A DNA stretch of 36,960 nucleotides from an uncultured Candidatus Peribacteria bacterium (lineage in GTDB: Bacteria; Patescibacteriota; Gracilibacteria; Peribacterales; Peribacteraceae): the NCBI GenBank assembly GCA_964562735.1, contig CAZLUK010000074.1:1-36960 (forward strand), read 5' to 3'. Numbering within the stretch: the first letter of the stretch is position 1; the number at the start of each line of letters is the position of its first letter. The notes beneath the pieces are model-generated. The model was not told the origin of the DNA and made no database searches. It saw nothing but the letters and a program-made list of their open reading frames with translations. A program made the position numbers and the translations under genes. Positions 1-7,176 of this stretch are shown one piece after another.

Positions 1-791
1 TCCACCACAACTATGTGAATTTGAGCGTGCTTATAGAGTTTGAAATTACCGGAAGCTATGCGTACAGCAGAATATTCCTTACTTATTAATGAAAAACCAT
101 CATTGAAAGCTTGATCAGCCAGCATCACTCTATCGACAACAAACAGGACTCGCTTCGCCATGTTGTATTCAAGTAGAGCTTTCACAAAAGCAACCATGGT
201 TCGCGTTTTTCCAAGCCCTGTCGCCATGTGGACAAGCATTTTCTGTTTACCTTCTCTATATTTAGTCAGAAGAATTTCAATACACTCTGTCTGGAAGTAT
301 GTTTCTTGCCCGCAGCTGGGATTCACACCACCAGCAATGCCTTTATCGATTGTAATTACTCTGTTCAAGTTGATTTTCCGGGCTTGTTCTATCTTCAGTT
401 GCATGTCTTCCAGTGACATGAGGCTATTCACTTGGCGGAATTCTCCAGATTCAAGACCTTTCCATTCCGTGTCATAGAAAAGAATCCTCTCTGGCGAGCA
501 TGCATAAAGAAATCGTGGTTTTAGTACAGACGCATAAAGAGTACGAAGTTTTGTGAGTGCTTTTTTCTCGTCTTCAAACTTGTCTTCGATAATTGCTACA
601 ATATTGCCGTTTAGATCGGTTAAAGTAATATCTGGCTTTATGCTTTTTCTACCCTCAAATAATTTCTGTTGTTCTGGTGTAAGGGTGTATTCCTGTTGAT
701 AAAGCAAAGTATCTCCAGGCTTCCAGCCAAGTTTTTTTAGCTCGTCAATTATTTTCAAGTCGGTATCCGTTGCTTCGTTAATTCTTTGCAT
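1..791 (-). CDS. Restriction-type nuclease / SF2 helicase (HsdR- or Res-subunit-like). N-terminal ~263 codons only; the rest lies beyond the window edge.
   Basis: The gene runs off the window, so it is absent from the ORF track. My reverse-strand translation from ATG 791-789 has no stop down to base 1. It reads MQRINEATDTDLKIIDELKKLGWKPGD...KPDITLTDLNGNIVAIIEDKFEDEKK, a D...(E/D)xK nuclease core as in HsdR N-terminal domains. This is followed by ...KQKMLVHMATGLGKTRTMVAFVKALL...RVLFVVDRV, which carries helicase motif I (GxGKT). The region is visibly AT-rich relative to its neighbours. Confidence 0.7.
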   Translation of the reverse strand, partial: MQRINEATDTDLKIIDELKKLGWKPGDTLLYQQEYTLTPEQQKLFEGRKSIKPDITLTDLNGNIVAIIEDKFEDEKKALTKLRTLYASVLKPRFLYACSPERILFYDTEWKGLESGEFRQVNSLMSLEDMQLKIEQARKINLNRVITIDKGIAGGVNPSCGQETYFQTECIEILLTKYREGKQKMLVHMATGLGKTRTMVAFVKALLEYNMAKRVLFVVDRVMLADQAFNDGFSLISKEYSAVRIASGNFKLYKHAQIHIVVV

Positions 792-793
792 AG

Positions 794-1006
794 TCAGGAA
801 AGTAAATCATCAACAGAAATTTCAAGAGTTCTTGCGACCTTCGCCACCACAAACACCGACGGCTTCTTAATCACCCCCGTCTCAATCTTCGTCAGCGTCG
901 TGTAGGGCACATCGGTCTTCCTCGCGAATTCATCCTGCGACAGCCCACTCTCCTTGCGGAGTTTCTGTATCTTTTTGCCGGGTGTGTTCGCTTGCGTTCT
1001 ATCCAT
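794..1006 (-). CDS. XRE (Cro/C1) family helix-turn-helix regulator
   Basis: From ORF 794..1021. The segment KKIQKLRKESGLSQDEFARKTDVPYTTLTKIETGVIKKPSVFVVAKVARTLEISVDDLL is a canonical XRE HTH. I trimmed the start to the second ATG (1006). The stop lies 2 nt from the start of the downstream nuclease-helicase gene. Confidence 0.8.
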   Translation of the reverse strand: MDRTQANTPGKKIQKLRKESGLSQDEFARKTDVPYTTLTKIETGVIKKPSVFVVAKVARTLEISVDDLLS

Positions 1007-1369
1007 ACATTTCCAGTACATTCAGCAAGTATCACTTGCCATCGGCTGTCGCACGAGACTAAGGCCGACAAGCCAACAGCGTACAATGGTCGTCGTTGTT
1101 TCTCAATCACGTAAGCCTTCGGCTCCGCTCCTGAAGAAATTCACACTCCCCGAACTCTTCTAAACTCCAGGCACCCGAAATCGAACGCTAGCGGCTGGCG
1201 CCGCCATGTACCCGAGCCGCAGCGAGTGGTTCATGGCTGAGCGGACGGGTCTGGCACCAAAACTTGTGAGTCCCAGAGAGCATTTTTGAGGGGGGTCAAA
1301 ATGCTCCAGAAGGGCAAGTGGGTCAGACGAATTCTTGCATGAATCTATACAAGTAGTAATCTGGAAGAT

Positions 1370-1675
1370 ATGAAAAGCTTTGCTGTGTTCTACAACAACG
1401 GTGTCAGTGAAGGATTATCTTATCCGAGAGGAGAAGAGGCGCTTGCAAACAATCAGAAAGTTATGAAGGAGCGTTTGGGCGCAAACTGGAGCCAAATGGA
1501 AGCCGCAAAGGTTCTTGAGGGTCTTGTCGTACACAGTCGTCAGGAATTTATCGGTGCCTTATGTGTGTCCGGTCCTCAAGAAAAAATTGATCAACTCAAG
1601 GTGTTCCTCGAAGAAAAAAACTTGGGAACGGTTATACCGAATGAAGTCATGTTCAAAGGAGCAGAAGTAGCGTAG
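1370..1675 (+). CDS. Hypothetical protein (101 aa)
   Basis: Clean ORF with an ATG start in an otherwise ORF-poor stretch. I recognise no motif. Confidence 0.45.
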   Translation: MKSFAVFYNNGVSEGLSYPRGEEALANNQKVMKERLGANWSQMEAAKVLEGLVVHSRQEFIGALCVSGPQEKIDQLKVFLEEKNLGTVIPNEVMFKGAEVA

Positions 1676-1707
1676 GAGGCATCCGGGTCTATAAACACGA
1701 TTTTATC

Positions 1708-1782
1708 TGGCTGGGGAGGAGGGATTCGAACCCCCGTATGACGGGTTCAGAGCCCGTTGCCTTACCGCTTGGCGACTCCCCA
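1708..1782 (-). tRNA. tRNA-Gln (anticodon CUG), CCA encoded
   Basis: The reverse complement folds as a cloverleaf. Acceptor is UGGGGAG/CUCCCCA, with U1-A72 and G73 as in E. coli tRNA-Gln. D arm is GCC-AAGCGGUAA-GGC. Anticodon stem is ACGGG/CCCGU with loop CUCUGAA. T arm is GGGGG-UUCGAAU-CCCUC. The 3' end is GCCA. Confidence 0.9.
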
Positions 1783-1864
1783 ACGGTGGCCTGCAAAATG
1801 GTACAGATGTTCGAAAGTTTTGACTAGTTTTATCGGCAATTCACGAAGCCGTTTAGTTTCTATC

Positions 1865-1978
1865 CTCAATTGCTTTCATAATTTCGAAAATAGCGGCGTA
1901 GCCAAACCTTCATAAATGGTTTATGTATAAGCAAATCACAGCGACAAGGTTCAGCATTATCGAGGCGAAGCCGTATAA
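1865..1978. repeat. Copy 1 of a 113-114 bp duplicated block (paralog at 24849-24961)
   Basis: Hand alignment to 24849-24961 gives about 94 of 113 positions identical with one 1-nt indel. The shared ends are ctcaattgcttt...gccgtataa. Confidence 0.85.
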
Positions 1979-2078
1979 CCCCAATCGCAACACAGCGCGT
2001 AACCTAGCAGCGGTGGCCCGTCGTTGTGTGCGTAAAAAATTGACAATCGAAATCAGTCTGTTAGATTTCGACTCTTCT

Positions 2079-2477
2079 ATGGCCTCTATGGAACGTCGCG
2101 AACGAACACTCCTTAATGTGGTCCAAAGCACCGCGCGTACCGCATTCATCCAATTCTGCTCGAATCTGCAGCTTGCGATAGGTCACAAGCTGGGCGACCC
2201 CGTATTAAGTACCGAGAATTCCAAAACAATCCAAGGCCTCCTCAGCCGCAATAATGATGATTTGGCCGCAGAAGGAGAGCGGCTCTGGGAGACGTTGATC
2301 AATCTGGAATGCCATCAGACCTGCGCAGGTGTGTTCACGAAGGAGAGTTTACCCGGATTGCTTTCGCAGCTGGACAAAGTCCGCGATCTTTATGAAGAGC
2401 TGGAGCAGTACCGGGCATCTATTGCCGCTAGGGTTGCTGGAGGTCAGGGCGATACGCCGACTGGCATGATCACCTGA
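2079..2477 (+). CDS. Hypothetical protein (~132 aa, helical-looking)
   Basis: From ORF 1923..2477. The first 52 codons overlap the duplicated non-coding-looking block, so I trimmed the start to ATG 2079 (MASMERRERTLLNVV...). No motif recognised. Confidence 0.4.
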   Translation: MASMERRERTLLNVVQSTARTAFIQFCSNLQLAIGHKLGDPVLSTENSKTIQGLLSRNNDDLAAEGERLWETLINLECHQTCAGVFTKESLPGLLSQLDKVRDLYEELEQYRASIAARVAGGQGDTPTGMIT

Positions 2478-2491
2478 GACGGCACCATCGA

Positions 2492-2989
2492 TCAGCTGTG
2501 GCAACCGCCGAGCCCGCGCTTCATCAGGTACTTCTGGTGGTAGTCCTCAGCAGTAAAGAACGTAGCCGCCGGGACGATTTGGGTGACGACCGGATGCTTC
2601 CAGGTACCGGACGCATCTGCTTTCTCTTTGAGCGTATTCGCTTCTTTCTCTTGATGTGGCGTAGTGAAGAAAATCGCGGAACGATACTGCGATCCGAAAT
2701 CCGGACCCTGTTGATTCTTGGTCGTAGGATTGTGATTGGCGAAAAATACTTTCAGTACGTCGGCATACGAAATCTTCGCAGGATCAAAGACGATCTTCAG
2801 CGCCTCGGCATGCCCGGTGTCCCCGGTGCAAACTGTTTCGTACGTCGGAAATTCCGTGTGTCCGCCGGTGTAACCGACTTCCGTCGAGATGATGCCGGGA
2901 AGAACGCGAAATGTTTCTTCGATTGCCCAGAAACATCCGGCAGCGACGATGGCGGTTTCGGGCTTGGATACCGCATTTGGCATGCGCAC
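2492..2989 (-). CDS. msrA: Peptide-methionine (S)-S-oxide reductase MsrA
   Basis: The 165-aa product has the AAGCFWAIEETF catalytic GCFW motif, plus GYTGG, HAEALKIVFDP and YHQKYL, all typical of MsrA. Position 2989 is a GTG; ATG 2983 is an alternative start. Confidence 0.9.
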   Translation of the reverse strand: MRMPNAVSKPETAIVAAGCFWAIEETFRVLPGIISTEVGYTGGHTEFPTYETVCTGDTGHAEALKIVFDPAKISYADVLKVFFANHNPTTKNQQGPDFGSQYRSAIFFTTPHQEKEANTLKEKADASGTWKHPVVTQIVPAATFFTAEDYHQKYLMKRGLGGCHS

Positions 2990-3035
2990 ATTCTACATCC
3001 AACGAGTGTTTTTCACTCTACAATACCGAGGATTT

Positions 3036-4688
3036 ATGCGACTTGCCGTACGTCATGGGCTCATAACGATTTTAGTGCTGACGACCTGCATCTATGTCGG
3101 ATCACTCAGAAACGGTTTCGTAAATCTCGATGATCCGATCCTCGTGACCGAGAACGCGCACGTACAAAAGGCATCGTTTGCGAATATCGGTTACGTTTTC
3201 ACGCACTTCGATCCGGAACTTTATATCCCGGTGACGTTTCTTACATATCAGTTGGAGACATGGATACTCGGATCGGCCGCTTGGCATTTTCATTTCTTCT
3301 CTCTTCTTCTGCACCTCGCAGCAGTCTGGCTTGTGTTCGAGGTGGTGAAGCGGTTTACACAGAGTGACATGATCGCCCTGATCACCGCGCTTCTCTTCGC
3401 CGTGCATCCGATCAATTCGGAAACAGTACTGTGGGTCAGCGCGCGCAAAGATGTCCTCTCAACGGTGTTCTTCCTCGCTTCGCTCCTTTGCTTCTTCATC
3501 AACACAGAGCAACCGAGTAAGCGGCAGTACTGGTTGAGCGTCAGTCTCTTCGCGCTCGGACTCCTGAGCAAAGTCACCGTGGTGACGCTCCCGATCATCC
3601 TGATTCTGCTCATAATGCAACCCAAAAACATCCGACACTGGCTGCAGACAATCGGCCCGTTTCTGATACTCGCCGTCGTCTTCGGGATGGTCGCGATCAT
3701 GGGAAAAGGCGCTGTCGAACAAAAGCTCCATGGGATGGACTTCGTGTTAATGGCGTTCCGCTCGACCTTCTTCTATCTCACGCTCATCATCGCCCAAGCA
3801 TGGCAGTCGGCCGTTCACAGCATGGCGCCTCACGAAGTTTATTCGCCGCTCTTACCGGCCGCGATCGGCATTATCGGCTGCCTGTCATGGATATTCTTCC
3901 GGAATAGAAAACGTCTTTCGCTCGCCTGGGCCGGCTGGATATTTTTTATCGTGACACTGTCCCCGAGCTTCCTCCACTACACGCGGGGCAATGAAAATTT
4001 CATGCTCGGTTCGGAACGCTACGCGTATCTGCCATCGATCGGTATTTTTCTGATCATTGCGGCGGTATGGGCAGAGCTTTGGAATCGTTGGCTGATCAAA
4101 AAGCCGATGAAAATAATTTTTGCGATCACGTCAGCCGTTATCATTCTGGTTCTCGGATATCTCACGATCATCAGAACATTTGTCTTTGAAAACTCAGTGC
4201 TGTTCAATCTCGACATCCTGCAGAAAAATCCTCGTGACGGACGCACGTGGTACAACCTAGGGTCGGCATTGGAAACAGTAAAGCAATCGATGGAAGCCGA
4301 GAAAGCATACCTGAAGGCACTTGAGTTAAAACCCGATCTGGCCGATGCGGCGATCAATCTGGGAATTTTATTTCTGAAAGAAGGCCGAACCGATGAAGGC
4401 ATGTTGATGCTCATGAATGCCACAGTCATCCGCCCCGATTACTTTAAGGGATATTTCAATCTCGGAGTCGCAGAGCAGAATGCTGAGAAATTTTTTGAAG
4501 CTGAGATCATGTATCGAAAAACTATTGAGCTCTTCCCGGACTATCCACAGGCACACCGAAATTTAGCAACCGTGCTCGGCGCACAGAAAAAATTTACTGA
4601 GGCGATGGCAGAGTATCAGATTCTGTCCGAGATCGATCCTGAGTTCAGAGCGGAATTTGACACCACTTCGCGTTTGAATCGCTACTAA
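3036..4688 (+). CDS. Polytopic membrane protein with C-terminal TPR repeats (PMT/TMTC-like putative glycosyltransferase)
   Basis: From ORF 2889..4688, trimmed to ATG 3036, which has GAGGA 3 nt upstream; the longer form would overlap divergent msrA. The N-terminal segment GSLRNGFVNLDDPILVTEN is followed by many hydrophobic segments. The C-terminus has TPR-like repeats (WYNLGSALETVKQSMEAEKAYLKALELKPDLADAAINLGILF..., YFNLGVAEQNAEKFFEAE...). Confidence 0.75.
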   Translation: MRLAVRHGLITILVLTTCIYVGSLRNGFVNLDDPILVTENAHVQKASFANIGYVFTHFDPELYIPVTFLTYQLETWILGSAAWHFHFFSLLLHLAAVWLVFEVVKRFTQSDMIALITALLFAVHPINSETVLWVSARKDVLSTVFFLASLLCFFINTEQPSKRQYWLSVSLFALGLLSKVTVVTLPIILILLIMQPKNIRHWLQTIGPFLILAVVFGMVAIMGKGAVEQKLHGMDFVLMAFRSTFFYLTLIIAQAWQSAVHSMAPHEVYSPLLPAAIGIIGCLSWIFFRNRKRLSLAWAGWIFFIVTLSPSFLHYTRGNENFMLGSERYAYLPSIGIFLIIAAVWAELWNRWLIKKPMKIIFAITSAVIILVLGYLTIIRTFVFENSVLFNLDILQKNPRDGRTWYNLGSALETVKQSMEAEKAYLKALELKPDLADAAINLGILFLKEGRTDEGMLMLMNATVIRPDYFKGYFNLGVAEQNAEKFFEAEIMYRKTIELFPDYPQAHRNLATVLGAQKKFTEAMAEYQILSEIDPEFRAEFDTTSRLNRY

Positions 4689-4704
4689 TCCACAAAACAA
4701 AAAA

Positions 4705-4720
4705 CGCCCCGGGTGGGGCG
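4705..4720 (-). terminator. Intrinsic terminator (strong in the minus orientation)
   Basis: Stem CGCCCC/GGGGCG with a 4-nt loop. On the minus strand it is followed by UUUUUUGUUUUG. On the plus strand only CUUUCC follows. Confidence 0.6.
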
Positions 4721-4740
4721 CTTTCCGATTCGGAAACACT

Positions 4741-4809
4741 TTATTTCCTAGACCTCTTTTTCGACTTGGACTTCTTGGTCTTCTTCGCCTTCCTTTTCTT
4801 TGCAGGCAT
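4741..4809 (-). CDS. Candidate 22-aa polybasic micro-ORF (MPAKKRKAKKTKKSKSKKRSRK); may instead be a small RNA
   Basis: Hand translation from ATG 4809 to TAA 4741. It is flanked by a good promoter (4843-4870) and the terminator at 4705-4720. Too short to appear in the ORF track. Confidence 0.3.
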   Translation of the reverse strand: MPAKKRKAKKTKKSKSKKRSRK

Positions 4810-4842
4810 GAGAGATTAGGGGAAAGAGTAAGTGTAGCTTTC

Positions 4843-4870
4843 ATTCTAGAACTGTCGGCGAGTTTGCCAA
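4843..4870 (-). promoter_or_regulatory. Sigma70-like promoter for the micro-ORF unit
   Basis: Minus strand reads TTGGCA (4870-4865), a 16-nt spacer, then TAGAAT (4848-4843). Confidence 0.45.
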
Positions 4871-5099
4871 CATTTTGTTAATGCGCTTTATGACAGTTGG
4901 TACGCATTCACATTCACAGAAAATATTTATTTTTTCTTTTACGGATAAGTATTGATGGAATCATTTTCGAATTTAACGAACTAAACAAAAAAAGATCGAA
5001 ATTCCGGGCCGGTAAAATAAGCCTACGAGCACTTTACATCTATAGGACGGAACTCCATGATGTGTCGCGATTTATGCTTCCTCTTCCTTACCCTTTTGT

Positions 5100-7169
5100 A
5101 TGAACGGCATCTTAGAGAATTCGTCGATGACATCACTCCTCTGGATCACCTTCGGTTCCGGCGTTATCGCCATGATCGGAGCCACAGTCTGCCGCATCAT
5201 CATCGGAGCGCAGAATCCAGGCAGCGACGTGATGCAGGCCATCAGCGCGAAGATCCGCGCGGGTGCCATGGCGTTCCTCACCCGTGAGTACCTGATAATC
5301 GGTCCCTTCATTCTGATCACCGCAGTCCTGATCTATGTGTTTCTGGATACAGGAATAGAAAACATCGGATCAGCCTGGGGTAAGCCGTACACGGCGCTTA
5401 GCTTTATTGTCGGCGCCTTTACTTCGGCTTTGGCCGGATTCATCGGCATGCGCACCGCCACGATGGCCAACGTCCGCACGGCCGAAGCCGCCCGCACCAG
5501 CATCGTGAAAGCTTTGCGGGTTTCTTTTTTAAGCGGCTCAACCATGGGCCTCTCGGTTGTCGGGCTCGGACTCATCGGATTCGTGGGAACGCTCCTTTTC
5601 CTTTTGACAAAAATTGATACGACAAGCGCCTTGCAATCACTCACCGGCTTCAGCTTCGGAGCATCGTGTGTCGCTCTATTCGCCCGGGTCGGAGGCGGGA
5701 TATTCACTAAGGCCGCGGACGTCGGCGCCGATCTCGTGGGAAAATTGGAAGCTGGGATTCCCGAAGACGATCCCCGCAATCCAGCCGTCATCGCGGATAA
5801 CGTCGGTGACAACGTCGGTGATGTCGCCGGCATGGGGGCCGACCTGTTTGAAAGTTACATCGGCGCGATTCTCGCCACGATGCTTGTGGGTCTGCACGTC
5901 ACCTGGGGAGTGAATCAGGCGCTTCTATTCCCGCTTTTGGTGTCCGTCATCGGAATCCTCAGCTCCATTCTGGCCATGTTTACAGTCAGGACCAAGCGCG
6001 CGGACGGCGTCCAAACAGCTCTCAAGAGCGGCATGCTCATCGCCTCGATCCTCGCGGTGGCCGGAACTTGGTGGCTGGCGAAATTTTACCTCCCGGCTGA
6101 AGTAGCCATTGGAATTTTCTACGCCTCTACTGCCGGTCTGCTCGCCGGGGTGGGCGTGGGTCTGATTACCGAATACTACACCTCCCACACTTACCGTCCG
6201 GTCCGAGCACTCGCCGAGTCCGCCAAGACGGGCGCCGCTACAGCATTGATCGAAGGTCTGGCGCTCGGATATCTGTCGACGGCGCTCCCGATTCTCGTAA
6301 TCGTGATCGCAATCGGGGTGGCGTACGCGCAGGCTGGCCTCTATGGCATCGGCATCGGTGCCGTCGGCATGCTCTCAACACTGGCTATGACGCTTGCCAT
6401 CGATGCGTTCGGTCCGGTGGCGGACAACGCCGGGGGGATCGCGGAGATGAGTAATCTCCCGAAAGAGGTTCGTGAGAACACCGACGCGCTCGATGCCGCG
6501 GGCAACACGACGGCAGCCATCGGAAAAGGCTTCGCCATCGGGGTTGCCGGCTTCATGTGTCTGGCGCTCTTTGGAGCCTACAAGGAAGAAACCGGACTGA
6601 TCAGCATCGACGTTTCGAATCCGACCACACTCATCGGACTCCTGATCGGTGGTATGATCCCGTTCCTCTTCAGTTCCATGACCATGCGGGCGGTCGGCCG
6701 CGCCGCGATGGCGATCATTGAAGAAGTTCGACGACAGTTCCGTGAGATTAAAGGCCTCATGGAAGGCACCGCCGAGGGCGACCCGACGACCTGCATTGCT
6801 ATTGCAACCTCGGCTGCTATTCGTGAGATGATCCTTCCGGGACTGCTTGCCATAGTGTCACCGGTTGCCATCGGGTTGCTTCTTGGGAAAGAAGCGCTTG
6901 GCGGACTGCTTGCAGGCACGCTCGTCTCCGCGATGATGCTTGGGACGTCCATGTCTAATTCCGGAGGAGCCTGGGACAACGCGAAGAAATACATCGAACA
7001 GGGCAATCTCGGTGGTAAGGGCAGTGATCCGCATAAAGCAGCCGTCGTCGGCGACACCGTCGGCGACCCATTCAAGGACACATCCGGTCCGGCTCTTAAT
7101 ATCCTGGTCAAACTAATGTCAATCGTAGCGGTGCTGACGGCCAGCTTGTATGGGACGGGGTGGTTCTGA
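5100..7169 (+). CDS. hppA: Membrane-bound pyrophosphate-energised cation pump (H+/Na+-PPase)
   Basis: The 689-aa polytopic protein carries PPase hallmarks: GGIFTKAADVGADLVGK, DNVGDNVGDVAGMGADLFES and GDTVGDPFKDTSGPALN. Confidence 0.95.
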   Translation: MNGILENSSMTSLLWITFGSGVIAMIGATVCRIIIGAQNPGSDVMQAISAKIRAGAMAFLTREYLIIGPFILITAVLIYVFLDTGIENIGSAWGKPYTALSFIVGAFTSALAGFIGMRTATMANVRTAEAARTSIVKALRVSFLSGSTMGLSVVGLGLIGFVGTLLFLLTKIDTTSALQSLTGFSFGASCVALFARVGGGIFTKAADVGADLVGKLEAGIPEDDPRNPAVIADNVGDNVGDVAGMGADLFESYIGAILATMLVGLHVTWGVNQALLFPLLVSVIGILSSILAMFTVRTKRADGVQTALKSGMLIASILAVAGTWWLAKFYLPAEVAIGIFYASTAGLLAGVGVGLITEYYTSHTYRPVRALAESAKTGAATALIEGLALGYLSTALPILVIVIAIGVAYAQAGLYGIGIGAVGMLSTLAMTLAIDAFGPVADNAGGIAEMSNLPKEVRENTDALDAAGNTTAAIGKGFAIGVAGFMCLALFGAYKEETGLISIDVSNPTTLIGLLIGGMIPFLFSSMTMRAVGRAAMAIIEEVRRQFREIKGLMEGTAEGDPTTCIAIATSAAIREMILPGLLAIVSPVAIGLLLGKEALGGLLAGTLVSAMMLGTSMSNSGGAWDNAKKYIEQGNLGGKGSDPHKAAVVGDTVGDPFKDTSGPALNILVKLMSIVAVLTASLYGTGWF

Positions 7170-7176
7170 AAAATGA

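Noticed and set aside
1160-1260. A possible tRNA fragment or att site (TTCGATTTCGGGTGCC on the minus strand) in the island spacer.
   Set aside because: It cannot be folded into a T-arm or acceptor stem. It has no similarity to the 3' end of the adjacent tRNA-Gln.
2889-3035. N-terminal extensions of track ORFs, here and at 25013-25162, 34148-34390, 16229-16414, 8221-8292, 1923-2078, 11312-11353 and 15772-15888.
   Set aside because: The extensions overlap divergent genes, terminators or repeat tracts and have junk-like sequence. Internal ATG starts give products that begin where family similarity begins.
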